From: Vitrella brassicaformis CCMP3155
Lineage: Eukaryota > Protista > Chromerida
Direction: 5' to 3'
NCBI GenBank assembly: GCA_001179505.1
Contig: CDMY01000366.1
Coordinates: 186,001 to 250,000, forward strand
Length of the DNA stretch: 64,000 nucleotides
The position numbers and the translations under genes are program-made. Under the pieces are notes generated by a model. It made no database searches. It saw nothing but the letters and a program-made list of their open reading frames with translations, and had not been told where the DNA came from. Numbering within the stretch: position 1 is the stretch's first letter; every line of letters starts with the position of its first letter. This document shows positions 58,700 through 64,000 of this stretch, piece after piece.

Positions 58700-61600
58700 G
58701 TGCGCGTACCCTGTCATGACGGAGAGGGTCTTGGGCACCTTCATGAATGGGGACGACGATGTGACCTCATAAGTGACCGCCTTGTCCGGCCGGTTCAGCA
58801 GCACTGACGGCGTCCTGCCCGTCTCCTGGTGAACACGGTCAATGAGGATCTGGCGCACGCGATCCAACTGCACACACAGCACAAACGTAGAGGCGTGAAC
58901 CGGCAGACAGACCGACGGTGGAGACATGTATTGTCTACACGCATACCTTCGGGTTTGCGCTGTGTATTGGCAAGGTGAAGGTGGTGGGTTCCTGGCATTT
59001 AGCACTGACCGGGAAGGGCCTCTCCTCCATTGGGGCCGGCAGCGTCGCCTCGCCGAGGACCTCATAGTAAAACTCACCTGCGTTTGCATCCCGGAAGGCG
59101 ATGGTGCAGAGATGGTGGCCCATCTCTATCGGCATGAAGTGAACCTAAATAAACACGACAGATAGAGAACACGCAAACTTCCATGGGCCCCCATCCCATC
59201 GTATATATCGTTCCCACCCTCACCCACCCACCTGCAGTGTGATCGTCCCGTCCTTTCTTATCCTCAGTCGGCTGGTGGCCACGTAGAAGGGATTGACCTT
59301 GTCTGGATAGGCGAGCGTCGACTTGAGGCCCTTCTTGCTGACGGGGTCGACCTTCTCGGTTGAGACCGTCATCTTGAAGTCGCCGTCTACGCCGAGGGTG
59401 TTGGCCACCTCCAGGACGAGCACGTGTAGGTTGTACAGCTTAGTGGTGATGTTGACGGTCTTGTTGGGCCGCTTGCTGGTGATCTGGGACTTGAGACGGA
59501 ACACCAGAGCTGCCGCCTGACCGGGCGATTCCCTGATATAGAAGGAAGGAGGCACCGGTATGCGAATGAAGAGACGCAACACTGGGTGGTTTTCCTTCTG
59601 TCGTATTTGTTACTTTTTGGTGAGGAATGTTAGTCTGGCGTCGACAGGTTTGAGGAAGCGTGCCTTGAAGTCGATGGGAAAGAGAGCAGTGCCACGCGGC
59701 TCCAGCGTCACCGTGTCAGACTGAGCAAGACGCAAGAAAGCTGAGTGTGGAAACCGAAGTACAACTTCATGGCGTGTCTCAACACCCACCGGCAGGGAGA
59801 AGTCAGACGATCCGTGTATTCTGCCGCGATACTCCAGTCTCTTCTTGGTGGGATTGGTCAGCTCGAGATGCTTGGTGGCACTTAAACCCTGCCAATTCAT
59901 CCAGCAACCACGTACGTGTCGTTTTCTGTTGGTTCTTGATCTGCCTGACCAACCGACCGACCAGTGGAGTAGCGAAGTGTATGGTGCTCTTGGGTATGTA
60001 GTGTGGCAGCTGCTGCACCAGCCACAAGAGGTAGAGCAGCAGGTCCCGGCTGTTGCCCTCAGCGATGTCCTGCGGCTTCAAATCCAAGTGAAGACCCATC
60101 TCCTGCATACGGATGCATGGATACATGGAGACATGTCATGATGCTATGCTTGTCTGTCCATTGTCTGTCTACCGTAAGCACACCTGACCTGCAGCACTGC
60201 GATGAGTCGCTGGGCGTTCTGTTCGTAGTGCTCTGGTGCGGTGCAAGGCTTCTTGAGATTCTGCAAGAGGGGTCCGCTCTCGGGTATGTGCGACATGACC
60301 ACATTGGCGAGGACGAGACTGTCTCTGAGGTCGCGGGACGGCTGGGTGATGGGACGGGGGTTCTGGCCCCTGTCCACCCGCTTGTAGTGATACGACAGCC
60401 ATCGCAGCAAGAGAGCCTCTGCCGGTGAGTAGAGATTGGAGTCGCTGATGTTGGAGGTGTCGAAGTGGGGAGAGGAGGGATCGGCCTCGCCTGTCTCGGA
60501 TGATGATGTGGATGACACTCCTGCCATGCTCAGAAACACCCGGGGCGTCAGCCGATTCAGCAAGAATATCTGACATGGGACACAATGAACAAAAGCCCCA
60601 CGTCAACGTGTGTGAAATGACGGAAGCCGCTGACCAACCTTGACGGTCTGCAGGACTGTGTTGGTCCATGCCTCCGGTGCCCGTTTCATGAACTGCCTCT
60701 CAAGTGGCCGACGGCTCATGTGGCTCACCAGACGACCGCTGTGTGTGCGTATGGGTTTGCAGGGGAGGCCCTGCATGTACTTGATGAAGTTCTCCATCGT
60801 CAGCAGGTACTCGGGCCGCACATGAGACAGCAATGCACCATTCTGCAGGCCAACCACAACAGAATACACATCGCCTTCCCGAGTGTCCAACAGCGCCCAT
60901 TCAATGGCCTTTGTGACCGACCTGCTTGAGGTAGTTGAGTATGTCCTCATAGGCAGCCACCGTCTTGAGCACCTTCGGGCCGGCCGTCGACCCACTCACC
61001 TCCTTGCCGCTCTTCTCAGGCGCACTGGTGGCAGGCCCGCCTGTCGTTACCGTGGGCCCCTTCTGCTTGAGCGGTCCAATCTTCTTGCCCGTCAAAATCT
61101 CGACTATCTCGTGCAGCTGGCGGCCCTGAGACGCTATCAGGTCCTGTGGGTAAGTCTCTATGACGCTTTTGAGGACAGTGCCGTTGAGCCAGCGGACGAG
61201 AAAGTCAGCAGACAAATCGATCACCCATCCGGCACTCGACCCGACGGCTGATTGGGACCGCTCGCTTCGTTGTGACGGCGCCGCCTCAGATCCCATGCGG
61301 TCCTCGGCATCCTCTGTCTACAGCGCAGAGATAGACCCATCTATTGTGAGGACACTCGCACACAACACAGACGTACCTCTGCGAGCGTGGGCGGGTCTCG
61401 TGTGTCGTCAATCTCGTAGAAGTCGGGATTGAGGTTAAGGTAGTCATACAGAGTCAGCAGACAGTTGTCGCATGTGCCGCTCACGGGCATGGAATACGAC
61501 ACTTGTGATACACACACACATGTGCACACGGATTGGGTGTCTCATTCATTGTGTGACTTCCTCCTCCCGCTCCCTCACCTCCCTCTCCATCCAGGAATTC

Positions 61601-64000
61601 GAGCCTGCATGTGAATGATATCGGTTTGGGCGAGAGGAGGGACACCTCCACAGGGATCCTTGACTTGGCCAGTCCCATCATCTGGCCCTCGGGGAACTCC
61701 ACACTACAACCGCACACAAGACAAGAGGGCCGGCAACGTGTAAATAAAATGTGTCCCCATCCCATCTCCCCGATGTACGTGATGGGTATCCTGACGGTGT
61801 CGGAGGGCAGCCTGACTTTGAGTTCAATGAGGTCGTAGCCCTCATTGTTGACGAAGAACACCTGTCGAGACTTGATGTTGAGCGGCACGGTGGGCAGGAC
61901 CACCTCACGACGATCGAAGTACAGCGTCGGCACGACTCCACTCCCCTTGAGACGGATCTCGAGATAGGCACGGGAGCGGTCGACAGGAGCAGGCTGCGAA
62001 GACGACTGCACACAGGTATCGCAAAAGATGTGGTGTGGTGTTCAGTGCCCGTCGTCCTTCATGCGTGTGTGTACCTCTGCTGCCGACTCCTCCTCTCCTT
62101 GTGGCGGGCTGATGAATATCGGGAGGGCCAGCTGGTAGTGGATGGGTTCTTTGGGGGTGAACCCAGCACGCACAGTCACCGTCTGCACCAGCATCTCATC
62201 TCTCGTGTTCACGTCTGTCTGTCTCATCCACTTATGTGCACTGACTGGTTCATCACCTCACCTGGTCGACTTGTATGCTTCGTTCCGACGGCTCCATCTG
62301 AAAGACCCCAGGGTACTTCTTCAGCGCCTCCACGTCCACAGCCCAGTTGACAGCCCTCTTGTCCGTATTGGTAAGGTCCAGTTCCAGCACTGACGCCACA
62401 GTGGGTGCTGACACCACTGATGTGGTGACCACTTTGGTCTCGAAGTCCAGCAGGGTGGCGGACAGCAGCAGACGGGGACTCACCGCCTCCGCCTTGATCT
62501 CGCGCCGCAACTCTGACAGCAACGATTGTGTGTTAGATGGAATGGACATGCGCGTGAGTCGAGTCAGGTGGTTTGTGGCTGCAGCCAGCTGACCTGGTGG
62601 GACTGTGCCGCCCACGAAGCGCACCGGGAGGCTGAATGTGTGGGCCTTGATCTCAGTGGGCTGATACTGCACCTCCAGCATGAGTGTGGACCTCTGCGGC
62701 ACCGTCACCTTCCATATGTGAGACAAACGCTCCTCTGACGTGAGACACAGGCAGGGGAGCAGAACTCACATACATGACACAACCAACACCGAGAAAGTGA
62801 CGTGACATACCTTCGTCTTCGTCTTCATCGACGTCGGCTATCTCGACCATCTTGGTGGAGCTGCGCCGATCGAGCGCCTGTTGCTGCTGCTGGTCGGGTG
62901 AGAGCCTCAACAACTCCATGGCCGGAGGCTTGGGGGGCTGCATCGCCTCCTCGTACTGACTCTGCAGATGAGACAAAGAGACACGGATTGCTTGGCCGAG
63001 TCAATCCCGGCGTTTTGTTGTGCTTGTGTCAGCAGACAGATCAGATCACCTTGGTGATTTTCTGCAGCATGTTTTCCATCATCCTCGCCGTTATGCGCTT
63101 GCCGCTTCTGTCTCCCTCCTTCTTGCCACCATCCCCCTCCCCGTTACTCCTGTCGCCCTTGTCGGCCTCCTGGCCCTCAAGCATCGCTTCAGCCACGGCC
63201 AGGGAGAACTCGGGCTTGTCGCTCAAGTCGACGTACAGCACGCAATCCACCGGCGACTCGTTGTGCAGAGTGAGCGGCCGAGACGCGAAACCGCCAAGGG
63301 TGATGGTCTCAAAATTGACCTCCGGCTCGGCGGCGCTGACCTCGGGCACCAACGCCTGATGAATAAATGGACGAGCGAGTGATGGGTGTCGCGTCTCCAG
63401 ACACGTGTGGCTTTGTCTGGCTCACGGTGAGGACGATGGGCAGCCTTGCCGGTTTGCCTCCTCTCGGTCTCACTTGCAGCACACCGTTGACCTCCCTGGG
63501 GTCGGCGAGGAGAGCCGTCACTTGCAGCTCGGTGGTACCGCCGGACGGCAGGCGTGTGCGGGTGGGTGCGACACTCATGGCATCGGGCACATCCTCGACG
63601 AACACGATGGCGTTAGTGGAGCCTGGGTTGGATATCACGGCAGACTGCTCGATGCGCTGGCCGACGGCCACACTGCCCAAGTCCATCCTCTTCGTCACGA
63701 AGTGAACCGTGCCCTCGGGAGTCACGCCCGTGCAATGGAGCCTGACCATACGCGCAACACTGTGTCTCCATCCAACATGTAAGTGAGAACGTTCCATCTT
63801 CTCACTTGACGTCCTCCCCATCCTCGATTTTGAGTGTGAGGAAGGCCTCAACGGTGTCTCCGTGCGGTGGTGGGGTGAATGTCACACTGCACGACTGCCC
63901 GCCTCCTGCCTTGACCTGCCCCTCTGACGGCACCACCCGGAACTGGCCACCCAGGGCATTGGTGGTGTCATCTGGCTCGAGCCACCTGAAGCGGGCGGTG
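55164..64000 (-). CDS. CFAP47: Cilia- and flagella-associated protein 47 (tandem ASH/PapD-like Ig domains + calponin-homology domains), 5'-partial
   Basis: CH-like blocks YSPAEALLLRWLSYHY and DLKPQDIAEGNSRDLLLYLLWLVQQLPHYIPK. Repeated ASH-type motifs (TLHNESPV, ELTNPTKKRLEY, TIENPLGYDV, FRLTN). C-terminal QTEDTYWSYLVRGTHPHY. Stop at 55164-55166. Confidence 0.88.

Noticed and set aside
1-64000. rRNA, tRNA, CRISPR arrays, intact transposons or retroelements
   Set aside because: I found no recognisable RNA-gene signatures, no repeat-spacer periodicity, and no RT/integrase/transposase motifs or LTR/TIR pairs by eye. The abundant repeats are simple microsatellites. tRNAscan/Infernal would be needed to exclude small ncRNAs.
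1-64000. Hundreds of short or antisense ORFs in the ORF track, including poly-CV, poly-HT and TDRQ-repeat peptides
   Set aside because: These are translations of intronic microsatellites or antisense shadows of GC-rich exons, not independent genes.

Overview
Gene-dense, GC-rich, intron-rich eukaryotic nuclear DNA. Short GT-AG introns packed with (TG)n, (TCTG)n and (GATG)n microsatellites, signal+transit 'bipartite' N-termini and a CCCH+YTH CPSF30 point to a chromerid alveolate, probably Vitrella brassicaformis (inference). Most long six-frame ORFs are exon/intron chimeras, so gene models were rebuilt by hand. About 19 protein genes are supported: PAN/Apple + bacterial-type S8 protease (5'-partial), myristoylated coiled-coil protein, plastid-targeted conserved protein, internal-repeat membrane protein, importin-4, large disordered protein, CPSF30-YTH, SDE2, ALDH12 (P5CDH), EKD-repeat protein, F-box/LRR, BTB/POZ, BBOX/TMLH-family dioxygenase, FKBP-like protein, GDPGP1/VTC2 HIT enzyme, divergent kinesin, an unknown protein and CFAP47 (5'-partial). 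A frameshifted bacterial-type GNAT is also present. No rRNA, tRNA, CRISPR array or intact transposon was recognised. Highlights: (1) a ~0.3 kb island of ~25% GC encoding a PD-(D/E)xK nuclease fragment resembling giant-virus proteins; (2) a kinesin with intact P-loop but degenerate switch I/II; (3) a His-to-Glu subtilase carrying a PAN domain; (4) a doubly frameshifted bacterial-type GNAT; (5) six head-to-head gene pairs and telomere-like boxes in upstream regions. All family assignments come from motif recognition, not database searches.
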